The position numbers were made by a program, and so were the translations under genes. Source: Histomonas meleagridis 2922-C6/04-290x (taxonomy: Eukaryota > Protista > Parabasalia). Taken from it: DNA of 64,000 bases. Below are positions 20,330-30,122 of the stretch, piece by piece; position 1 is the first letter of the stretch, and each line of letters starts with the position of its first letter. The stretch spans positions 1 to 64,000 of the forward strand of contig JAANOX010000034.1 in assembly GCA_020184695.1 (NCBI GenBank), written 5' to 3'. The notes beneath the pieces are model-generated. The model saw nothing but the letters and a program-made list of their open reading frames with translations, ran no database searches and was not told the DNA's origin.

Positions 20330-21265
20330 TTATTTCTTACTCTTTTTCTTTTCTTTCTTCTCTTTCTTTTCCTTCTTCGGCTCTTCATTCTCTTCTTCAT
20401 TTGGCTGTCCCTCTGGTGGCCCATTTGGAGGTGGAGCTCCTGATGATTCTTCGTCATCCCTCTGGAACCCACCGTCGTCGTACTGTTCCTTCGTAACCTT
20501 TTCTTCGAGCGCTATGATTTGATCCATTGTCATATTGTACCAATCTTTCATTGATGCCATAAGTTTTCTATGCGAGTTTGTAAAAAGACCTGGATATGTG
20601 CTGTTCATAACAAACTTTTCAACGGCTGTTTGAAGTCCCCACCATTTGAAATGGAATTTGACAACTTTGATACACATGGTCATGGGGCCATCATATCTAG
20701 TAACCCATGGTGGAATCTGTTTTTCATCATACTTGTCATTAGAGTTGATGGGAGTATTGATGTTAGCTTCTGGACATACAAATCCATGCATGTCAAATTC
20801 TGGCTTATCGGGCTCAACAGGACCATTAATAACATCGAGGTAAACAATCTTCCTTTCTTTAAGCTCTTCTTTGCTTAATCCAATGATGTTATCTGGAATT
20901 TCCATTCCATTTGTATAGTTGATGTGTTGGGATTCAATGCTTAAAACAAAGTCTTTGCCCATACCTGGAACTGAATATTGTGTGAAATAATGTGGAAAGG
21001 CGTTCCATGACTTTTCATGGAAGTGAAGATATTTATCTGGAACAGCCCAACGAAAAGCAGCAGGGATCTTTGATTTAATGTGATATATCTTGTAGGTGTA
21101 TCTGCCTTTTTCATGTTCATTTTCGAAAGGTTCATTATTAAGGATTTCAATGCCTTCACCACCACCTTTTTCATCAATAATATATAGATAGTTCATGTAC
21201 CTATTGCCAATTTCGTACTTTTCAACATTTGTCGGTACAATAACACGGAACTCTATAATCTTCAT
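20330..21265 (-). CDS. Phosphatidylinositol transfer protein (START-like PITP family)
   Basis: MKIIEFRVIVPTNVEKYEIGNRYM, GRYTYKIYHIKSKIP, EKSWNAFPH, F.WWGLQTAVE; KKE-rich tail. Likely ATG at 21265. Confidence 0.92.
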   Translation of the reverse strand: MKIIEFRVIVPTNVEKYEIGNRYMNYLYIIDEKGGGEGIEILNNEPFENEHEKGRYTYKIYHIKSKIPAAFRWAVPDKYLHFHEKSWNAFPHYFTQYSVPGMGKDFVLSIESQHINYTNGMEIPDNIIGLSKEELKERKIVYLDVINGPVEPDKPEFDMHGFVCPEANINTPINSNDKYDEKQIPPWVTRYDGPMTMCIKVVKFHFKWWGLQTAVEKFVMNSTYPGLFTNSHRKLMASMKDWYNMTMDQIIALEEKVTKEQYDDGGFQRDDEESSGAPPPNGPPEGQPNEEENEEPKKEKKEKKEKKKSKK

Positions 21266-21734
21266 CTTTGGTGAGATGTTTGAAGCCGTGAAATTACACT
21301 CAATATTTGAGAGCATATTCAAAAAGGAAAAACGGTTTTCGTTACGTCTTTTAAGCCGATGGAACCCTGTCAAACATTGAAAAACTTGCAAAGAAATTTT
21401 TATACAAACCGTAGGCAATGGTGTGAATTTTCTTTCGAATCACTCGAGGAAGGCACCTTCACACAACCAAGTAATGACCAAAATTTCGGATGTGAGCTAT
21501 ATTTTACGATATAATTCAACATGAATTTGATTTCTTTTTTGTGATTTGATTTTTAAATTGTTGCTTCTTTCCTGTCATTGATTTTGCTAAGTGCCTTGAT
21601 GTAAGGGATGCGATCATCTTCTCTAGCTCCAAATTTATATATTTTAATCGAACTGATTTTGTTTCTGTTGTAAACTGGTGAAGTGATGCTTAACGTATGA
21701 GGAACACCCCGTAAAAGTGCCATACACATGTGAG

Positions 21735-21752
21735 TTCACTTTTAAAAGTGAA
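21735..21752. promoter_or_regulatory. Perfect 18-bp palindrome TTCACTTTTAAAAGTGAA in a divergent intergenic region
   Basis: Seen directly. Each arm contains AAAAGTGA, a motif recurring near several gene starts (956, 32094, 34331, 41149). Confidence 0.45.
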
Positions 21753-21770
21753 TTACTAAACGTTCATTTC

Positions 21771-23798
21771 ATGTCAATGGATAGCAATTGCGGAATCCCA
21801 ATAATCAACTCAAATATTGTATCACCTATTAAAGTTTCTACTAGTTTTCGAAGCATAATTTCTGATGCAAAATCTATTCCTCCAACATTTAAAATAATCA
21901 CAAAAAATAATCAATTCTTTTGTCACTTATTATTAGCATCTACATGTAGCCCGGTCATTTTAAAGGCAGCAGAAGAGTCTGAAAAACCACTTAATGAATT
22001 TGTTTTTAATGGAGATGATTCACATTTTGAACAAATCATAAACTTTTTCAATGGAGAAGATGTGAAAATAACAGACGAGAACAGGGAACACATCCAAAAT
22101 ATTTCCAAAGATTTAGGAATAACTCTACCTAAAAATCAAATTTTATCAATTCGTTCAAAGACATTTGACTTTATTAGAGCAACTAAACTTATCAAGCCTG
22201 ATTTTGTCATCAAATCCAACAAAAGCGAAGTAATGGTTCATATGTTAATTGCCCATACATATTGCAAAAACATTACTGATTTTTCAAAACCATTTACCAC
22301 TGATGACGGCATAGACTTTGGCCTCATAGCTAACTATTTGTGTGGAAAAGATCTTTCATTTGATCATAAAAACATTGATGAAATAGAAAAAAGTGCCAAA
22401 ACATTAGGAATTGAACATCTTTTAAACATAATCCCAACTATAAGGCTCCGTTTTCAGCGAATCCTTCATGCCTTTAAGTTCGCCAATCTCCAAGAGTATA
22501 TTAATACCATCAATGAAACCAATTCGCAAACTATTATTCAAACCATCAAGTCGTCCAAATTTTTCCAAAAAGAAAAATATCATCATGATTTATGTTTGTT
22601 CATCTTAATTTCATGTGAAATTCGTCCGAAGAGTAACGAACAACACTTATCACTCATTGAAGACTTATGTAAATTGTCTGACCACTTCCATTCTGAGCTT
22701 AAGAAGACAGTTGTATCCGAAATTACTCAGAGAGGAGGTAACTTTTATGTATACCGCCAACTTTTCTTACGTAATTTGCTTGAACTTGATTTAATCAAAA
22801 AGATATATAACACTGATATTAAAAACTTTTTCTACATGAATGCGACTGCACACAATATGATTAAGATATGGTTTGGCCCGGAACTTAAACTTAAATTTGA
22901 TGATCGAAATGATGATGAAACAGCCAAAGAGATTTATAACAAAGACATTAATTCCTATATAAAACTTATTAACAATGGATATAATCCAAATGTTTATGCT
23001 ACGGCAATTCGTAATGATGACATTGACGAATTACAATCATTATGTTCAGCAACTGATTTCGATTTTAACATGACCATTAAGCCATCGCCATTTGAACGTA
23101 CCACGTTTCTTAATTTTGAAGAAATTACATTACTTCAAATTGCGACATTTTATGGATCGATTAAATGTTTTCGCTTTCTAATACTTAATGGCTGTTCTAC
23201 AGACAATTGTCCGATGTTTTCAGGGTGTAATAGTAATAATAATAACAGTGAAATAATACGATTACTTTATCAAGAAAATAATAACTTTGAAGCAGCATTA
23301 ATATCATCAACATTATATCATAACAATGAAATATATGAATGGTTTGCAAGTATAACAGGAAACATAAATATTTATAAAAATATTCAATATACCAAATATT
23401 TACGATATAATTATAGATATCGTCTACCAGATTCATCAAATTTACTCGAGGCTACAGTTCAAAGTTGTAATTTAACACGTTTTTTACAGATATATCAATA
23501 TGGAATTGATATTAAAACAGCTATGCACATTGTGTCTATAATGGCGAAAAATGGTTTAATACATTTTCTGGAATTATTTGCGACTATCAAAGGTAACGAC
23601 TTATGTTACAAAGCTGGAAGAAATCGTTATTCGAACGAAAATCCTTTGGAAACTGCGGTCAAAGGTAATTGGGAAGACTGCGTTCTGTTTTTGTTGAGCA
23701 CAAAAGCTTATGATAATCAATATATAAAATCATTGGAGGCTGAGGCAACTAACGAAATGAAAGCTGTCATTGAGCAGTACTTAAAGAACAATGAATAA
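21771..23798 (+). CDS. Parabasalid tandem BTB-like plus DUF3447/ankyrin-like protein
   Basis: Two BTB-like repeats (F.IKT..NQF.CH..LA...S..I; IIN...G..V.I...N..........LGI), DUF3447-like AIRNDDIDELQ...SPFER...TLLQIATFYGSIKCFRFL, terminal ankyrin NPLETAV. ATG 21771 follows TCATTT. Confidence 0.75.
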   Translation: MSMDSNCGIPIINSNIVSPIKVSTSFRSIISDAKSIPPTFKIITKNNQFFCHLLLASTCSPVILKAAEESEKPLNEFVFNGDDSHFEQIINFFNGEDVKITDENREHIQNISKDLGITLPKNQILSIRSKTFDFIRATKLIKPDFVIKSNKSEVMVHMLIAHTYCKNITDFSKPFTTDDGIDFGLIANYLCGKDLSFDHKNIDEIEKSAKTLGIEHLLNIIPTIRLRFQRILHAFKFANLQEYINTINETNSQTIIQTIKSSKFFQKEKYHHDLCLFILISCEIRPKSNEQHLSLIEDLCKLSDHFHSELKKTVVSEITQRGGNFYVYRQLFLRNLLELDLIKKIYNTDIKNFFYMNATAHNMIKIWFGPELKLKFDDRNDDETAKEIYNKDINSYIKLINNGYNPNVYATAIRNDDIDELQSLCSATDFDFNMTIKPSPFERTTFLNFEEITLLQIATFYGSIKCFRFLILNGCSTDNCPMFSGCNSNNNNSEIIRLLYQENNNFEAALISSTLYHNNEIYEWFASITGNINIYKNIQYTKYLRYNYRYRLPDSSNLLEATVQSCNLTRFLQIYQYGIDIKTAMHIVSIMAKNGLIHFLELFATIKGNDLCYKAGRNRYSNENPLETAVKGNWEDCVLFLLSTKAYDNQYIKSLEAEATNEMKAVIEQYLKNNE

Positions 23799-23882
23799 AC
23801 ATTGACTTGAAATATTAATAAAATTCAAATGTTTCAGATTCAGCTGCGGCAAATCGAGTAATGCAATTGCAATCGTGGAATG

Positions 23883-24333
23883 GTGAAATTAAATGTAATC
23901 TGTGAATGTGAAATTAAATGTAATCTGTGAATGTGAAATTAAATGTAATCTGTGAATGTGAAATTAAATGTAATCTGTGAATGTGAAATTAAATGTAATC
24001 TGTGAATGTGAAATTAAATGTAATCTGTGAATGTGAAATTAAATGTAATCTGTGAATGTGATATTAAATGTAATCTGTGAATGTGAAATTAAATGTAATC
24101 TGTGAATGTGAAATTAAATGTAATCTGTGAATGGTGAAATTAAATGTAATCTGTGAATGTGAAATTAAATGTAATCTGTGAATGTGAAATTAAATGTAAT
24201 CTGCGAATGTGAAATTAAATGTAATCTGTGAATGTGAAATTAAATGTAATCTGTGAATGTGAAATTAAATGTAATCTGTGAATGTGATATTAAATGTAAT
24301 CTGTGAATGTGAAATTAAATGTAATCTGTGAAT
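23883..24333. repeat. Minisatellite of 18 tandem copies of 25-bp GTGAAATTAAATGTAATCTGTGAAT
   Basis: Counted 10 + 8 units. Variants: GTGATATT at 24058 and 24284, CTGCGAAT in the 24184 unit, an extra G at 24133. Confidence 0.95.
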
Positions 24334-24636
24334 GTGGTGCAAATTGTGACATATTCCAATAGGAAAATGATAAATTCACTCGGAAATTTTTTGTGCTTCT
24401 CTTGAAATTTCATTTTCGTTATATGTCTGTTATTATTATTATTTAAAAAAAAAATTGTAAGTCAGATAATTTTTCGAGAGCTGATTTCCTAATACATCCA
24501 TAAAAACACTCAACACACGCACAAAATCAATTGGCTAGTAAGTTAAGATAAATGTTAATGAATATCACATGTTGTTGTATAACATTTGGATTTAACTCAG
24601 CTAGGTTCCAAACAAACCACATCAGTTTACATTCCA

Positions 24637-24753
24637 AAATTAATTTATCGAAATATTTGTATGAATTACAAAGAAAAATTTAAACAAAAATTTATTCTTA
24701 TATTATTTATTTTATTTTTTATGCAAACGATCGAAGCATATGACCCTACATAA
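24637..24753 (+). pseudogene. A-type BspA 5' fragment (hydrophobic segment only)
   Basis: KLIYRNICMNYKEKFKQKFILILFILFFMQTIEAYDPT* aligns to A1/A2 KLIYQYIDKHNKEKFKQKFVLILLILFFTQTIETYDST. Confidence 0.8.
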
Positions 24754-25018
24754 TTAATTTCATTTTTAATTTAAGACACTTACAAATTTGTGTGAAAATG
24801 ATATAATAAAGAAGGTTCTTTACTTTAACCAATTAAAAGTTTATGTGCTAATTCTGAGATATATTTCAAGTAATTACCTATATAAGTAGTACACATACAT
24901 AATACTATAACGATAACAATTTTTAAAAAGTTTTTCATAAACAAAAAACACAATACTAAATATTAAGGTTGGAAGTAAACAACGAGAACAAGTATATTTT
25001 AATATTTATTTATCTTAG

Positions 25019-26932
25019 TTACATTAGCACGATGAATTTATCTTCTTTGAAGTCATCTGCAAATGGATCTTCTTCAATACCTGAGATAGATATTCCTGTT
25101 GTAAATGTGTTTGTGGTATGGTTATTATCATTTTGTTGTTCTGAAATTTCATTTTCTGCAATTTCTTCTTTTTTATTTTTAATTAGAATCAATAATATAA
25201 TTAGTATTGAAATTATAATAATAACAACAACAATAACGCAGACAATTATTATGATAATTGTTGTCTTATTATCATTTGTTTGAAAATCATTGTTGTATAT
25301 AAACGTAAAGAAGTTCGAATAATAATTATAATATGTCGAATAAATGATGACTGTGTAATCATAATAAATAAATTCTGTTTCAATGTAAATGTTCGATGAA
25401 TTAATTTTAATTAGAGAAAGTGATTTTGTTTGTATTTCATAATAAGTAAATGATTGCGTAAATGATAATGTGACTGTTAATAGATATGAAAAAGATTTCG
25501 TTAAATCATTTTGAAATGATTCAGTAAATGTATTTGACTGAGAATATGTGTTACTATGACTTGATGAATTTAATGCTGGAAATGTAATGGACTTTGAATA
25601 TGTATAGCTATGACTGAATGTATTTGACTGAAAATATGCATTACTAAATGTATGTGATGCTGAAAATGAATGTGTTGGAATTGGATTGCAGCTTCCTTCT
25701 GCGTTTTCTTTGGCAACATCTAAATGTCCAAATTTACTTCCTTTATATGTTGAATATGTGATAACACTTGTTGAAACATTATAAAATGCATTTTCGCCAA
25801 TTTTTGGTTCTGAATCTCCATAATAATAAATGCATTGAAGTTGATAACAATTACCAAATGCTGAACTTCCAATATCTCTGATTCCATATCCAAGTATTAA
25901 TAATGTTAAATTAGAACATGATGAAAATGCTGAATTTCCAATTGTTGTAACTGAATTTGGAATTGTAATGTTGTTGATTGATGAACACAATGAAAATGCA
26001 CTACCGCCAATTGTTGTAACATTTCCTCCAAAAATTATCGTTTCTAATTGTGAACATAACGAAAACACATAACCTCCGATATTTGTAACTGAGTTACCAA
26101 AATTAACTGAAACAACTGAATGCCATGCTGAAAATGAACCACTTGGAATTTCATATATATTTTCACTGATAATTATAAATTTTGTTATGTTTTGATATTG
26201 AGATATTTCATTAAAATCATTTGAATTCATGATTGAAAGTGTTGAAGTATTTTCATAAAATATTTCATAAGAGTTCATGAAAAACATAAAAAAAATATAA
26301 ACAAAAATATTTTCAATTTTTTTCTTATCTTTTACTTTCAATGTATATTTGGTCGTTGATATTTTCTGAACTGAGATTGTGTTTTTCTGATAAAATTTGA
26401 CATAAATAACCGGAAATGTAATTGAAAAAATGATGGTTAATTGAAGTAAAACATTCAAAATGTTTGGTCCTTCTTCGTTGTCGTTTCGCATCATCAAAAA
26501 ATGTGAAAATTCACGTTTTATAGGATATACATCTTCATAAAATTTATTGTATGATTTATCAAATATGCCATTTTTGACAAATATATCAATTTCGAAGTAT
26601 TTTTTCAAAATGTTTGAAAAATATGTTCTTGGAATTTTATGTTTGTTATTAAAATCCTGATGTACAATTGCTGTAGATTCATTATTTGGTATCAAATTTA
26701 AAAATAATTTGTTTATCAAAATTTTATAATTATTATGAAATCTTTGAAATTTTTTGTTCATAATTTCATTAATTGATACATCCCCATCACATTTGTAAGT
26801 CATACTTTTCTTGTTTTCGTGGTTTTGTATTTGTAATATTTCTTTTTGAATGATATAAGGTGTAACAAGCTTTGTATCGGTTATAAATCGTTTCACCATG
26901 ATCGAAATGCTGAATAAAAGAAAGGTTCTCAT
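25019..26932 (-). CDS. BspA-like TpLRR protein B1 (intact, 637 aa): B-type N-module, long stalk, EEDPF tail
   Basis: TpLRR repeats, S/T-rich stalk, TM helix, tail GIEEDPFADDFKEDKF. Confidence 0.9.
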   Translation of the reverse strand: MRTFLLFSISIMVKRFITDTKLVTPYIIQKEILQIQNHENKKSMTYKCDGDVSINEIMNKKFQRFHNNYKILINKLFLNLIPNNESTAIVHQDFNNKHKIPRTYFSNILKKYFEIDIFVKNGIFDKSYNKFYEDVYPIKREFSHFLMMRNDNEEGPNILNVLLQLTIIFSITFPVIYVKFYQKNTISVQKISTTKYTLKVKDKKKIENIFVYIFFMFFMNSYEIFYENTSTLSIMNSNDFNEISQYQNITKFIIISENIYEIPSGSFSAWHSVVSVNFGNSVTNIGGYVFSLCSQLETIIFGGNVTTIGGSAFSLCSSINNITIPNSVTTIGNSAFSSCSNLTLLILGYGIRDIGSSAFGNCYQLQCIYYYGDSEPKIGENAFYNVSTSVITYSTYKGSKFGHLDVAKENAEGSCNPIPTHSFSASHTFSNAYFQSNTFSHSYTYSKSITFPALNSSSHSNTYSQSNTFTESFQNDLTKSFSYLLTVTLSFTQSFTYYEIQTKSLSLIKINSSNIYIETEFIYYDYTVIIYSTYYNYYSNFFTFIYNNDFQTNDNKTTIIIIIVCVIVVVIIIISILIILLILIKNKKEEIAENEISEQQNDNNHTTNTFTTGISISGIEEDPFADDFKEDKFIVLM

Positions 26933-27482
26933 GTTTCAGCTTGTAATATATATATAGACCTTCACCAATTATACATCGGCTATCTCAAAAGTTTAAAATC
27001 TCACGGTTAAACTTTTAAAAACCTGTTGGTTAATTGTCGTTTTTCAAACCAATTTTTGAAATATTTCTATCGATTTTTTTAAGACGACAATCAAAGAAAC
27101 AGCTTTATAACATTATATTTTTCACTTTTAAATAACACAATGAATATATGTTATAGAACGGAATTTATGCTTTAATTTGGTGTGCCGTTCATTTATCAAA
27201 GATGTTTCCATCATCACAAAATTAACACTTTTTTATAACATTGGCAATTCAGCTATTTCTTGTTTGAATATTTATGATTTTATATAAAATAAACAAAATA
27301 TAAGGAGTTCTTTATGTCCGAAATCAATTACATTGTATCTTTAATTTATAAAATATTTTTCGATTTTGAGAATAAAAGTAAAAATGATATTTCGTTAATA
27401 TGATTTCATTTTATTTTATATGACAACACTTAATTATTATATATACTTTAAATTAATAAATGTTTTTTATGACACATTTTCT

Positions 27483-29245
27483 TCAGAGCCAATTGTCTTC
27501 ATCTTCTTTCACAATATCTTCAACTAAACTATTTACTTCTTCGATTTGCTTTGTACTTGATGTCGTCGTGTCCTTAAATTGTAACTTTGATTTCGATTTT
27601 TCTTTCTTATTATTACTTTTCACTAAAAATATAACAATTCCAACAATGATCAAAACAAATGCAAATGATCCGCAAATAATTCCAATCAAAGCATTCGTCG
27701 TAATTCCTTTTGGTGAATTTTCATTGGAAGTGTAAAACATTGTAAAGAAATTGGAATAATAATTATAATAAGTCGAATATATAACAATCGTATAATTGTA
27801 ATAAATAAATTCTGTTTCAATATATGAAAATGTCGAATTATTGATATATAATGAAAATGTTTTCGTTTGTGTTTCATAAATAGTTAATGAATGTGTTATT
27901 GATAATGTAATTGTTAATGTATATGAAAATGATAATGATAATGAAATATCACTTTGAAGTGATGCTGTAAATGTATTCGATTGACTAAATGAATGTGTTG
28001 GAATTGGATTGCAGCTTCCTTCTGCGTTTTCTTTGGCAACATCTAAATGTCCAAATTTACTTCCTTTATATGTTGAATATGTGATAACACTTGTTGAAAC
28101 ATTATAAAATGCATTTTCGCCAATTTTTGGTTCTTTGTCGCCATAATAATAAATGCATTGAAGTTGATAACAATTACCAAATGCTGAACCTCCAATATCT
28201 CTGATTCCATATCCAAGTATTAATAATGTTAAATTAGAACATGATGAAAATGCTGAATTTCCAATTGTTGTAACTGAATTTGGAATTGTAATGTTGTTGA
28301 TTGATGAACACAATGAAAATGCACTACCGCCAATTGTTGTAAAATTTTCTCCAAATATAATCGTTTCTAAATTAAAACATGACGAAAACGCATAACCTCC
28401 AATATTTGTGACTGAATTACCAAAATTAACTGAAACAACTGATGGCCAATTTGAAAATGCATTACTTGGAATTGAATAAATTCCTTCACTAATATATATA
28501 AATTTCGTGATGTTTTGATATTGAACAGTTTCATTAAAATCACTTGAGTTTGTTATTATTAATGTTAAATTATCACCACAAAATAATTGAAAAGAATTTA
28601 TGAAAAATACAACAAAAATTAAAACATTTTTATGTTTTTTCTTTTTGCTTGTTTTCAATTCGTAGTTGGTCAAAGAAAATTTCTGTGGAAACAGTGGTTT
28701 TCTCTGAAAAAAATTGACATAAACCACCACAATCATCATTGAAAATATAGCGGTTAAACGAACATAAGCATTGAATTTAAATGGTCTGACTTGTTTATCG
28801 TTTGGCATCAATGCAAAACAAAGAAACTCATACTGGATTAAAGATATATTCCCATAATGAATCTTTAAAGCTTGTGTTGATATATTGTTTTCAATAATCA
28901 TAATGGTTGTAAAGAATTTATTTTGTGAAATTGTAAAATATGATGCTAGGAATTTTATTTTGTCATAAAAGAATTGAAGTATTTCTGATTTACACTTACT
29001 GTCAGTCAAGAAATTTAAAAATATACTTGTTTTAAAGAAAGCAGAATTATTGATATATCAAAATTTGCATACGTAATTCCAAAGACTGGAACTACTACAT
29101 TGCGTGTATAAGAGTGCCCTTCTTTGCTTAGGTTCTTTTTCATATTTGATATTTTTGTGGTTGTAAAAAATGGTATACCTGGTATTATGTCGGTTGTAAA
29201 ATGCTTTGTTAAGGCCGAAATGAACAGCAATTGAAGAGTTTTCAC
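27483..29245 (-). pseudogene. BspA-like protein C1: N-module damaged (GTG at the position where B copies have ATG, frameshift near 29050), LRR-TM part intact, EDEDNWL tail
   Basis: 29015-29245 (VKTLQLLFISALTKHFTTD) is homologous to the B1 start (MRTFLLFSISIMVKRFITD). 27483-29009 is open from a TTG. Confidence 0.8.
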
Positions 29246-30122
29246 GGTTTATGACCTAATATAGTTGAAGGCCTTTGCCAAATACACATCGGCCAATACA
29301 AAAGTTAAAAATCATACGGTTAACATGAAAAAAATTTGTTTCTTTTTTGAAGTTTTTCAATTTAACCTAAGATTTGTTTTTTTCAATATTTAAAGACGCC
29401 CACTATAGATAATACATTAAAATGCTTGCAAAAGCACTTTTAAATAATATAATGAATGTGTTAGAGCTGAGTTTGCTGATCAAAATTATATATATTTGTT
29501 GTTGTTGAGCACTTTTTATAGTATTAAATTTCATGATTTTTGAGAGATATGCGTTTTATCCTAATTTTGTAACTTTATTTTGTCGATACAAGTTATGTGA
29601 ATAAACTAAACACATCCTAATATAGAAAAGAGATATTTTGTATAATTAAGTGATATACTGTAAGAAAAACATATCATTGTATGTTAATAAATTGTAAATA
29701 AAGTTATATCACAAACTTCATATCTTATTACTTCTATATTAATGGCGATTGTTAATCGATTGATTGTAATTATCTTTATATATAATGTTTTGCAATATGA
29801 ATGCTTTTCATTTAAATAATTTAGTTTTCCATTAATGTTTTGTAAAGTAACTTAATGATTCATATCATTTACATTTAACATCTGATACTTTACGAAAAAT
29901 TTCTATTGTAAACTATAAATCATTTGTAAATAAATGAGTAATGTCTTATTCTATTTGAACTTTAGAAAGTTTCATCAAAACAATATTCAACATTTTCGAT
30001 ATTTTCATTGTTAATTATAGCAAAATGAAAATCGATTAATATTTCTCATTGCGAATCACTTCATAATATTTATTTAAATTAAAAATATATCAATTAAAAA
30101 TATATTTTTATTTTACATTAAA

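Noticed and set aside
23883-24333. CRISPR array
   Set aside because: Units are head-to-tail with no unique spacers, there are no cas genes, and the context is eukaryotic.
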